IMG/VR virus record: IMGVR_UViG_3300037067_012088
Location: 96,001 to 160,000 of that record
Strand: one strand, 5' to 3'
From: a virus
Lineage: Duplodnaviria > Caudoviricetes
Length of the DNA: 64,000 bases
Of this stretch, positions 55,190 to 64,000 are shown one piece after another. Position numbers and translations under genes: made by a program. A model generated the notes under the pieces. It was not told the DNA's origin and did not search any database. It saw nothing but the letters and a program-made list of their open reading frames with translations. Numbering within the stretch: position 1 is the first letter of the stretch; each line of letters begins with the position of its first letter.

Positions 55190-55491
55190 TTCGCGCGCTC
55201 CTTCTCTGCCGTCTCGAATCTCTTCGCCGTCTTCAGTATGTCGATATGCACTGCCATGTCCTCCAGCTTCGTGCTCTCGAACTCGATGGCCCCCTCAATG
55301 ACTAGGAGTCTGGTCTGGTAACCGTTGGGTTTCTCGACATACCAAACAGAGGCATGAGGGAGCGTGACATCATGGATATCAGGTTTGATGGCGTAATCGG
55401 TGAGGCTGACATCCGGCCACCACTTCGTTTGCTCAGCATTCACGAACGCAGGCTTGGTGGTCCAAACGGGAGTATCGAAAAGGGGATTCAT
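55186..55491 (-). CDS. hypothetical protein
   Basis: ORF track. Confidence 0.7.
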   Translation of the reverse strand: MNPLFDTPVWTTKPAFVNAEQTKWWPDVSLTDYAIKPDIHDVTLPHASVWYVEKPNGYQTRLLVIEGAIEFESTKLEDMAVHIDILKTAKRFETAEKERAK

Positions 55492-55859
55492 CAGGGTAGC
55501 TTGGATGACTTGACCTCTGGCGTCAACTGAAATCGGTAGGTCCGCTCGAATTCGCGCTCCTCGCGTCGTAGCGCATCGCGAAACGACATCTCTCCCGTCA
55601 ACCTCTCTCCCTGCGCCCGCTCAATATACTCGTGCATCTTGACGCTAGCGAACTGAGAGCACAGAGACCTCTCTTCGCGCGTCACGGGAATGGCGATATT
55701 GCCCTTGCGATGGGAGCATACCATCTGGTCATAGTCCTCGGTGACCTTGAGATACTCGCGAGCCAACTCGCGCAGACGGGTATGGGAGGGCTCCCAGAAC
55801 TGGCACTCGTATTCACGCTTCGATACCTCGAAGGCTTCCATGTCTTCGTGTCTTATCAT
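55491..55859 (-). CDS. hypothetical protein
   Basis: ORF track. Confidence 0.7.
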   Translation of the reverse strand: MIRHEDMEAFEVSKREYECQFWEPSHTRLRELAREYLKVTEDYDQMVCSHRKGNIAIPVTREERSLCSQFASVKMHEYIERAQGERLTGEMSFRDALRREEREFERTYRFQLTPEVKSSKLP

Positions 55860-56001
55860 GTCGATTCCCTCAGCCACTCTTCGTAGGCGCGCTGGTCCAT
55901 CTCGCGGGTTTCCTCGTCGAACTGCCGCATGGCATCAAGATAGTAACTCTGCTCCTGCTGCCAGTAGAGATAGGCGGCCTCGTAGTCGCGGTCTTCTTGA
56001 G

Positions 56002-56445
56002 TCATGGTCTCCATACCCTCCACGCCGCATAAAATCGGTCCATCGTCTCCCGGTCACGCTCAGGATTCGTCAGTTTGTCCCACTGCTCCTCAATCAGATT
56101 GAGCACCCGAACCCGGGTCTCGGAAACACCACGATAGGCAAGCACCTTGCGCAGGTCGCCCCTATCATGCCTCAGCAGAACATAGTCGCCCAGATTAGCC
56201 TCGCACCACTTGGTCGCGGCACCGATCAACGACGGCCAGTCCTCAAATCGGTTAGTGCGTTGAGCTAGAGGCAGACAGTAGAATCGGTCACTATGGTCGG
56301 GGTAGAGGATCTTGGCCTCGGCGCGCGAGATGGGACGCTCCAGTTCGACTCGCTCCCGCTTGTCGAAGGTGAGGTGCGCGGTGAGGTGTCGTCCACCGTG
56401 ACCGGACCAATCGAGATAGTCTAGACCGACGTAGGTCAGCTTCAT
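56002..56445 (-). CDS. hypothetical protein
   Basis: ORF track. Confidence 0.7.
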   Translation of the reverse strand: MKLTYVGLDYLDWSGHGGRHLTAHLTFDKRERVELERPISRAEAKILYPDHSDRFYCLPLAQRTNRFEDWPSLIGAATKWCEANLGDYVLLRHDRGDLRKVLAYRGVSETRVRVLNLIEEQWDKLTNPERDRETMDRFYAAWRVWRP

Positions 56446-56632
56446 GGTAGCTTACTGGCCAACCAATGGACCCACTTCTGTCTGTTGAGCCAACGGACTA
56501 CCGGTGGTGCGGCCATCCACATCAGGTTCCAACAGGCCGTCGCGAGGAGGAAGAAGGCTATCCATGAGATGAGGTCGGAGAGGGTCATAAATACGAGAAG
56601 TCAACACTAATGTTGAGAACGTGCCTTAATGA

Positions 56633-57358
56633 CTACTGACCGACCACGGACCCGTTGTGGTGGTCCTTGATACGCTTGCCCTTGGCATTGAGGATACGCT
56701 TCACTTCGTCGAAGGTAAAGAAAGGCGTGCCGTTCAGCTTGATAGCGTTGTCGAGGCCAACATCTAGGATGGCTCCTTGACTCTTGTCGTCGGGATTGAG
56801 CGGTTCACATGACGAGTGAGAGTGGCCGCAGGTGCATCCACCTCCGTGTCCAATCTCGGGCCAGATGTAGGGCGCGTAATGCTGCATGTAGATGGAGAAG
56901 CCGTCTATCCACGCGTGAAGGGACTCGCCGACGAAGGTGAGATTGTTGACGGTGATAGGGTAGACTGAGATGCTCTCGATATTGGTGCCGTGGACATCCC
57001 CGCCCGCCGTCATTTCGAACAGCTTGGTGCGGACGCCCTCACGGTATATCTGGGTCGCGCCACTGCGATGGTTGCCCCAAACGTGAAGCTGCTTGCCCGG
57101 CCACGTCGTGGTCTGACGGAAACGCTCGCCCTTGGGGTCACTGAATACCCGGTCGCCGAGATCGAAAATCACGGTATCCTCGTCAACCGTCTTGAACCAC
57201 TGGTCCTTGATCCATGAATCGTGATCGTCGATGGAGGTGAATCCACGCGACTTCCACAGCGGAGGAGTGTCCTTCCACGAAGGCTGATGCTGCTGGTGCT
57301 GGTCCGAAATCCAGAGCAGCTTGGTCTTGGCGGAGGAGAACTTGAGAGGCTTGTTCAT
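56633..57358 (-). CDS. calcineurin-like metallophosphoesterase
   Basis: ISDQH, LGD, WGNH, QHY, GHSH, DVG.D. Confidence 0.85.
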   Translation of the reverse strand: MNKPLKFSSAKTKLLWISDQHQQHQPSWKDTPPLWKSRGFTSIDDHDSWIKDQWFKTVDEDTVIFDLGDRVFSDPKGERFRQTTTWPGKQLHVWGNHRSGATQIYREGVRTKLFEMTAGGDVHGTNIESISVYPITVNNLTFVGESLHAWIDGFSIYMQHYAPYIWPEIGHGGGCTCGHSHSSCEPLNPDDKSQGAILDVGLDNAIKLNGTPFFTFDEVKRILNAKGKRIKDHHNGSVVGQ

Positions 57359-57645
57359 TGGGCGATAGGATGAGTCTCTTCGTCGATGATCTCCAGCTTG
57401 TCAATGGCCGCATGTAGCGCTCGTTTCATATCGAGCATATCGGCGAATGGGAACGGCTTGGGCATCTGGGTAAGGCGAATCGGCGTTGGGACACCATTGG
57501 CGTGAGCGAACGCATGGGGAGAGAAGACGCCGTCTTTGATGCTCCCGATGGCCTGCCCGTTCACATAGGCATTGACCAGCTTCTCCTTGGGATGAGCACA
57601 GAGAAGGAAGCTGAAATAGGGGGATTGGGTGCCAATATCGTTCAT
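57355..57645 (-). CDS. hypothetical protein
   Basis: CAAG-class promoter 57653-57681. Confidence 0.7.
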   Translation of the reverse strand: MNDIGTQSPYFSFLLCAHPKEKLVNAYVNGQAIGSIKDGVFSPHAFAHANGVPTPIRLTQMPKPFPFADMLDMKRALHAAIDKLEIIDEETHPIAQ

Positions 57646-57649
57646 ACCC

Positions 57650-58120
57650 TCAATCCTTACCCACTTGCCCCGTCTTGTCAACGGGAATCTCAAATCGTGG
57701 TGCTTTGACTACCGGTATCGCGACAGGAAGGTCCTTGCGCACCCAGCCCACCACGAGGCCCGCATAGCTATCCGCCGTCACAAAGCCCGGGTCCACGTGC
57801 TCGTTATTGTCCCCCTTGGTAACCGCCACACTCCCACCCGACGAGATGGAGTAGATTCGATGACAGATTAAGGCTATCTCGTTGTCCACGATGCCCCAGA
57901 ATAGGATGACCTCACCCACTTTACGCTCCTTGAGCGGGCGCACGGCGGCAGGTTGCCAGATGAGCAGGTAGTTCTCGTCGAATGACGGCTTCATTGACCC
58001 TGTGGCGCGAATTCCTTGGATCACGCTGTCTTCTACGAGGGCTGATACGTAATCGCGGTGGGTGGGCTCGGCTGCCCAAGAAAGGGGTGCGAGGGAGAGG
58101 AGGAGCAGTAAACGTCTCAT
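57650..58120 (-). CDS. S26 signal peptidase I-like (SipW/ER-type) peptidase
   Basis: TGSMKP, GEVILF, ICHRI, TKGDNN..D. Confidence 0.8.
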   Translation of the reverse strand: MRRLLLLLSLAPLSWAAEPTHRDYVSALVEDSVIQGIRATGSMKPSFDENYLLIWQPAAVRPLKERKVGEVILFWGIVDNEIALICHRIYSISSGGSVAVTKGDNNEHVDPGFVTADSYAGLVVGWVRKDLPVAIPVVKAPRFEIPVDKTGQVGKD

Positions 58121-58253
58121 TCGATTCCCTCCCGTCCGATACCTCTCAACGCGCGTCTGGTGCCCTTGTTGGCCATCTTCTTGCCGGCGCGACGAAGGTG
58201 CTTGTGCCAGCCTGTTAGGGAGCGCGACTTCTTGGTGGTGGGAAGCTGCTTCT

Positions 58254-58637
58254 TCATGCGGCCCCCATGTCCATGACCTTCCCCAAATCGAGAGGCTGAT
58301 AAGAAACGACGTTGACCCACGAACAGGCGCGCTTGATGAGGTGCCCTAGCTGAGCATTCCGGCGGCACTTGTCCTTTCCCCTCATGGCGTCAAGCATGTG
58401 ACCGTGTTGGACTCCGCGCCGGTTGTTGCACTTGCGACACGCCAGAACGGTGCGCTGGCCGCTAAAAGAGGTATCGCGCTTACCATCAATCAGGCGCTCA
58501 AAGAGGTGATCCAGAGTGGCGTCGTTATCACGCTTGGGAGAGTATCCAACGGGAGGAATCAAGGTCTCGACCCCGCACCAGTGGCAATGCGGGTCTTGGC
58601 ACCAGAGCCTAAGGCGACGGCGAGCGATATACCTCAT
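58254..58637 (-). CDS. HNH endonuclease
   Basis: CHWCG, ATLDH, VLACRKCNNRRG. Confidence 0.85.
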   Translation of the reverse strand: MRYIARRRLRLWCQDPHCHWCGVETLIPPVGYSPKRDNDATLDHLFERLIDGKRDTSFSGQRTVLACRKCNNRRGVQHGHMLDAMRGKDKCRRNAQLGHLIKRACSWVNVVSYQPLDLGKVMDMGAA

Positions 58638-58878
58638 CCCCAATCTCCTTCAATACCTCTTCCGTGAGGTCAACTGCCCGGTGCTCAGGTTGTCCCGCCG
58701 CGCTACCATCGCGCACCCGAGTAACCCGCGCCACATGGTAATCCGAATGCATGACCAGTCCGCCGCGCAAACCCATCGCGTCCTTGCCATAGGTCACGAG
58801 TTCGTGCTTCACGGTCCATGCGCCGAGTAGCTCGTCGGCGTGGTTGAAACAGAGGTAGATGTAAGAGCTGCGGGCCAT
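58609..58878 (-). CDS. hypothetical phage protein
   Basis: MARSSYIY..AWTVKHEL. Confidence 0.7.
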   Translation of the reverse strand: MARSSYIYLCFNHADELLGAWTVKHELVTYGKDAMGLRGGLVMHSDYHVARVTRVRDGSAAGQPEHRAVDLTEEVLKEIGDEVYRSPSP

Positions 58879-59125
58879 CAGGAAACAGACTCAAGGTCAG
58901 CACGCGAACATCGTGTCATGGAACCGCTCTTGCGACTGGGGCATATATCAGCGCAGCTACACTGACATAGTCCATCCTTACCTAGTTGAGTGATATGATT
59001 ATGAGCGATATCGCGCATGAAGGTGGGGTCGTCCTTGGCGATATCATAGGACCCCTCGGAGGCAAAGAGGCTTTCCCAGTAGGCATCAACGCGCCTCTGG
59101 AGAGCAGGAGAGAAGGTGATATAGC

Positions 59126-59347
59126 TCATGGGACTAAAGGCAACGGCAGCCAATACTTGGGTTCGCCGCCACCATCCGAGTAGTCGTCATTCGCGTGGTT
59201 GACCCACGGAGAGAGGGGGTGGTAATCGGGGTCATACCTGCACACCTCAACGCGTAAGGGAGTGCCAATGTAGCCACTGTCGCCAGCAACGAGAACATAG
59301 GTCTTGTCGCGGGGAGCCGTTTCGATGGGGAGCCAAGTCGGATTCAT
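59126..59347 (-). CDS. DUF551-like protein
   Basis: WLPIETAPRD..PKYWLPLP. Confidence 0.75.
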   Translation of the reverse strand: MNPTWLPIETAPRDKTYVLVAGDSGYIGTPLRVEVCRYDPDYHPLSPWVNHANDDYSDGGGEPKYWLPLPLVP

Positions 59348-59395
59348 GCTGCTACTCAATCAGTCTTGTTTCTCCGTGTCAAGCGGGAAAACTGA

Positions 59396-59620
59396 TTACG
59401 TCAACGTCTCCGGTTCCGCCACCCGATGCATGTGACCCACCTCAGCGAGCAGCGCACGGAACTCAGCTTCCGTCATCCGATTCTCGGGCAGCGCGCCCAT
59501 GGGGAACAGGTTAAGCTCGGCACACCACTCGGTAGCCAGTTTGCGCTCCGGGAACGGATAGTTGGCGACGTATGCCGCGTGATTGTAGCCTGCTCTCGGT
59601 TTCATTCCTTTTCCTGCCAT
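59396..59620 (-). CDS. hypothetical protein
   Basis: MAGKG..R.. start; CAAG-class promoter 59630-59658. Confidence 0.7.
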   Translation of the reverse strand: MAGKGMKPRAGYNHAAYVANYPFPERKLATEWCAELNLFPMGALPENRMTEAEFRALLAEVGHMHRVAEPETLT

Positions 59621-59696
59621 ATACTCTCCATCTTGCCATCCTTGCCACCTTAGGTCAAGAGTAAACGTCCCCGTTTACGGTGTATTATACTCTGCC

Positions 59697-60170
59697 ATGG
59701 CCACCTTCGACCTCTCCTCTCTCAAAGCCTCCGCTAACGCTTCCGTCCTCAACGGCTTACAGAAGGCCGTCGCCCAGTCACTGGCCCTATCCGCGCTCGC
59801 CAAAAACGCTCATGTCAACATCGTTGGTCCCGACTTCTTCCAGCTTCACGAGGTTTTTGGCGCCATCTATGACCGCGCCTCGACTGACTTGGATGACCTT
59901 GCAGAACGGATGCGTTCCCTCGACTCCTACGTGACCCTCTGCCTCACGGAAGCTGACACCATGTCAGGCCTACCCTGCCTCAAAGCCCCCTTCACCGCGC
60001 AAGAGGCAGTCGCAACCGTGATTAAGGCTCAGGACATCATTGTCACTGACTTAACCGCAACCATGAATGTGGCTGACGCGAGCGGAGATAAGGTGACGGC
60101 CAATAGCCTGCAAGACAAGATCTACGCTACGCAAAAGAGCAACTGGTTCCTCAAGAGCTATCTCAGGTAA
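59697..60170 (+). CDS. dps: Dps / DNA-binding ferritin-like protein
   Basis: AHVNIVGPDFFQLHEVF..Y..DDLAERMRSL, D.VT..L..K..WFL. Confidence 0.92.
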   Translation: MATFDLSSLKASANASVLNGLQKAVAQSLALSALAKNAHVNIVGPDFFQLHEVFGAIYDRASTDLDDLAERMRSLDSYVTLCLTEADTMSGLPCLKAPFTAQEAVATVIKAQDIIVTDLTATMNVADASGDKVTANSLQDKIYATQKSNWFLKSYLR

Positions 60171-60333
60171 TCACCAACTCGGCACCGCACCCAGTTCACG
60201 CGCCCGCTTCAACCACTCCTTCTTGAGCACCGTATTGTAGGGGCTCTCCTTGGTGTCCCATATCTCCATGATCTCGTAGACGCAATCGAGGAGCGCGACC
60301 GCGTCTTGCTTGTCATCTCCGGAGCGAAAAAGG

Positions 60334-61269
60334 TCAGCGGGTTTGGTCATAAGCCTCCAGTATCACGTTGTCGCACCATGATTGATCAACCTTGTCGGGG
60401 AACGTTGACTTGGCTGCCAGTTCCTCGACCTCGGCGATAAGGTCGTTGAGGCGGACATCGAGCCCATCTGTCACGTAGTTGAGTCGGCCCTCCTTGACCG
60501 CGCGAATGAAGGGTGTCTCGGCAAGCGGGAATGAGAAGGTGCCGGTGTTAAAGAGGGTGCGCAACTGGTAACCCACGCGGAAGGAGTGAGACACAGCCTT
60601 GCGATCCTGCCCATCCATCGCATGTGCCGCTTTGACGCGCTCACCATACGAGTCTCTTACCTTCTCCATGATACCGAGAGCATAGGCGGGGGCGATGCCC
60701 GCAGTGAGTCCCTTCCCCACGACAGTGTAAACGCGCTTATCGGCGTTGCGGTCGAGCAGATTCTCACCCTTGGTGGTATGGGGTAGCTCGGGGAGACGAC
60801 TCCATTCTTGACCCAACTTGGCCACACCATCCGCTATCATGCCTTCGAGCACCTTGATGACGGCCTCAACGGTGCCCATACGGTCAGCGCGCAACCCGTA
60901 TTTTGCGGCCATACTGCGACTAAAGCCGCACATTCCAGACATGCTCTTGGTATAGAATCGATGACGCTCGCGACGAAGGGTATCGAAGGTGAGAGAGGTC
61001 TGATATACCGCCGAATCGGGACTATGTAGCATACAAAGAGCCACATCCTCGCCACGTGAGGCTAGGGCCATGAACTCTTGGAGCGCGAATGACTCGAACT
61101 CAGTCTTGACGGACCCGGACTCGTCCTTGGTGTTAACGTTGCGAGGAGCGCGCAGGAGAAGGCACTCGTGCAGTGCGGGGAGATGGATGGCTTTGTGGTC
61201 AACGTCCGAGAGCGGATTGTCGAGCCCATACATGCGGGAACCGTGGAGGGTCTTGGCGAGAATGGTCAC
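60334..61269 (-). CDS. Pol-beta-superfamily nucleotidyltransferase (T4 NrdC.11-like)
   Basis: HGSRMYGL..SDVD, KYG, K..SH..R, F..AVK.G. Confidence 0.8.
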   Translation of the reverse strand: MTILAKTLHGSRMYGLDNPLSDVDHKAIHLPALHECLLLRAPRNVNTKDESGSVKTEFESFALQEFMALASRGEDVALCMLHSPDSAVYQTSLTFDTLRRERHRFYTKSMSGMCGFSRSMAAKYGLRADRMGTVEAVIKVLEGMIADGVAKLGQEWSRLPELPHTTKGENLLDRNADKRVYTVVGKGLTAGIAPAYALGIMEKVRDSYGERVKAAHAMDGQDRKAVSHSFRVGYQLRTLFNTGTFSFPLAETPFIRAVKEGRLNYVTDGLDVRLNDLIAEVEELAAKSTFPDKVDQSWCDNVILEAYDQTR

Positions 61270-61416
61270 TCCTCATCCTCCTCTATCTCCTGCATGAAGT
61301 GGGCTTCGATGGCGTCCTCCAGCTTGAGACCACAATCCATACAGTAGGTCTCGGAATAGGGACCATCGGATACCCATGAGTGGTCGTCGAGAGAAGGGCA
61401 GATGCGTTTGGGCATG

Positions 61417-62031
61417 TTAGTCGCAGTAGTCCTGTTGCACCACTTCCCTGCTCGGCCAAAGCATCGCAGTCAGCTTCCCATATCCCGGATACGCCGCTCC
61501 CGTGTCGATCATCGCAAAGGTCTCGGTGACGCGAGGCTCCTTCTCCTTGTTGTGCCCCAGAATACGGTATAGTCCGTCCTTGGGATAGGAGTAGTCGCGA
61601 CACCACAGGGCGTCTTGAATCGAGTGTTGGGATTCGGATGTGATTAACCCGTGGCCCGTATGGGATATCAGAAGGTCGGGATACTCAGGCGGGATGATAT
61701 GAAGAGGAAGGGCCTTCATCCACATCACGACCTCGCGGGGAACGCGCCCGTGCCACGACTTGATGGTCTTGGTGCCGCCGTTCTGCTTCCACGTGCCCGG
61801 GATATACTCCATACCCGAAGTATAGTGGTCAACAAGAAGGTGCTCATGATTCCCCATAACGCACTGGACGCGATTCTTCATCACCCACTCAACAACGCTG
61901 CGACTGTCGGGGCCGCGATCCACGAGGTCACCAAGAAGGATTGGCGTATGGTCTGGATAACGGGTGACCAGCGCGAACAGGGTCTTGGCCGCGCCATGAA
62001 TGTCGCCTATGACGATAAGGGGTTTACTCAT
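61417..62031 (-). CDS. Ser/Thr protein phosphatase (PPP/NinI-like)
   Basis: GDIHG, GDLVDRG, GNHE, IDTG. Confidence 0.92.
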   Translation of the reverse strand: MSKPLIVIGDIHGAAKTLFALVTRYPDHTPILLGDLVDRGPDSRSVVEWVMKNRVQCVMGNHEHLLVDHYTSGMEYIPGTWKQNGGTKTIKSWHGRVPREVVMWMKALPLHIIPPEYPDLLISHTGHGLITSESQHSIQDALWCRDYSYPKDGLYRILGHNKEKEPRVTETFAMIDTGAAYPGYGKLTAMLWPSREVVQQDYCD

Positions 62032-62035
62032 CCTC

Positions 62036-63684
<1,649 letters not shown>

Positions 63685-64000
63685 TCACATTCGGTCTTGT
63701 TGGGGCGATGAAAGCCGATAGTGAACATGTAGCCGATAAGCCAGATGAGGAATATCATGCGCGTCCCTCCATCTTGACTATCTTGATCTCGCGTCCCGAA
63801 TCCAGCTTGATGGTCCCGCCGGTCGTGTAAGCTCTCTCGCTCTCCTGCCAGAAGCGCAGATAGTGGGCCGCCTCCTGCTCGATATCGATGGTCTCCCCCT
63901 TGAGGCGCGCGCGAAGGGCCTTGTATATCACCGCGCTTCGATCATCTGCATGGAATAGGTGTCGGTCAGAGAACCAAATCGATAGGGGTGACGATTCGTC

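Overview
This window is part of a large (jumbo-type), GC-rich (about 60%) dsDNA phage genome. It holds no capsid, terminase or replication core and looks like the early/middle accessory region. A short plus-strand operon (1249-4903) converges on about 130 small, tightly packed minus-strand genes. Recognisable products are Hsp20, DUF932, a beta-clamp-like protein, two YhaM-like HD hydrolases each coupled to an MPPED-like metallophosphoesterase, tandem HNH endonucleases, two signal-peptide lysozyme-like proteins, an amidoligase, DUF4419, dNMP kinase, a YfbR-like HD protein, YopX, Rnl1-type RNA ligase, a PNK-like kinase, two further metallophosphoesterases, an S26 peptidase, Dps, a Pol-beta nucleotidyltransferase and a BRCT fusion. 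The strongest signals are non-coding. (1) A 16-bp palindrome TAGGG-N6-CCCTA (8 perfect and about 17 degenerate copies, often tandem) is confined to 5.1-25.2 kb and sits between stop codons and the next promoter. (2) A second promoter class has an invariant spacer CAAG (TTGAC-N9-CAAG-N5-[-10]; 13 copies), mostly leaderless. (3) A third motif, CGGTGTAT, precedes genes that lack a sigma70 promoter. (4) Two promoter-driven, ORF-free, highly base-paired regions (8409-8840 and about 17900-18462) are candidate large ncRNAs, one with a boxA-like leader and tRNA-like modules. (5) Two non-coding blocks are packed with palindromes resembling host Fur, DtxR, MarR, LiuR and sigma54 sites plus purine/pyrimidine tracts, possibly a terminal or first-injected segment. 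All product calls come from motifs read by eye; no database search was run. The lack of Shine-Dalgarno sequences suggests a Verrucomicrobia-like host (inference only).
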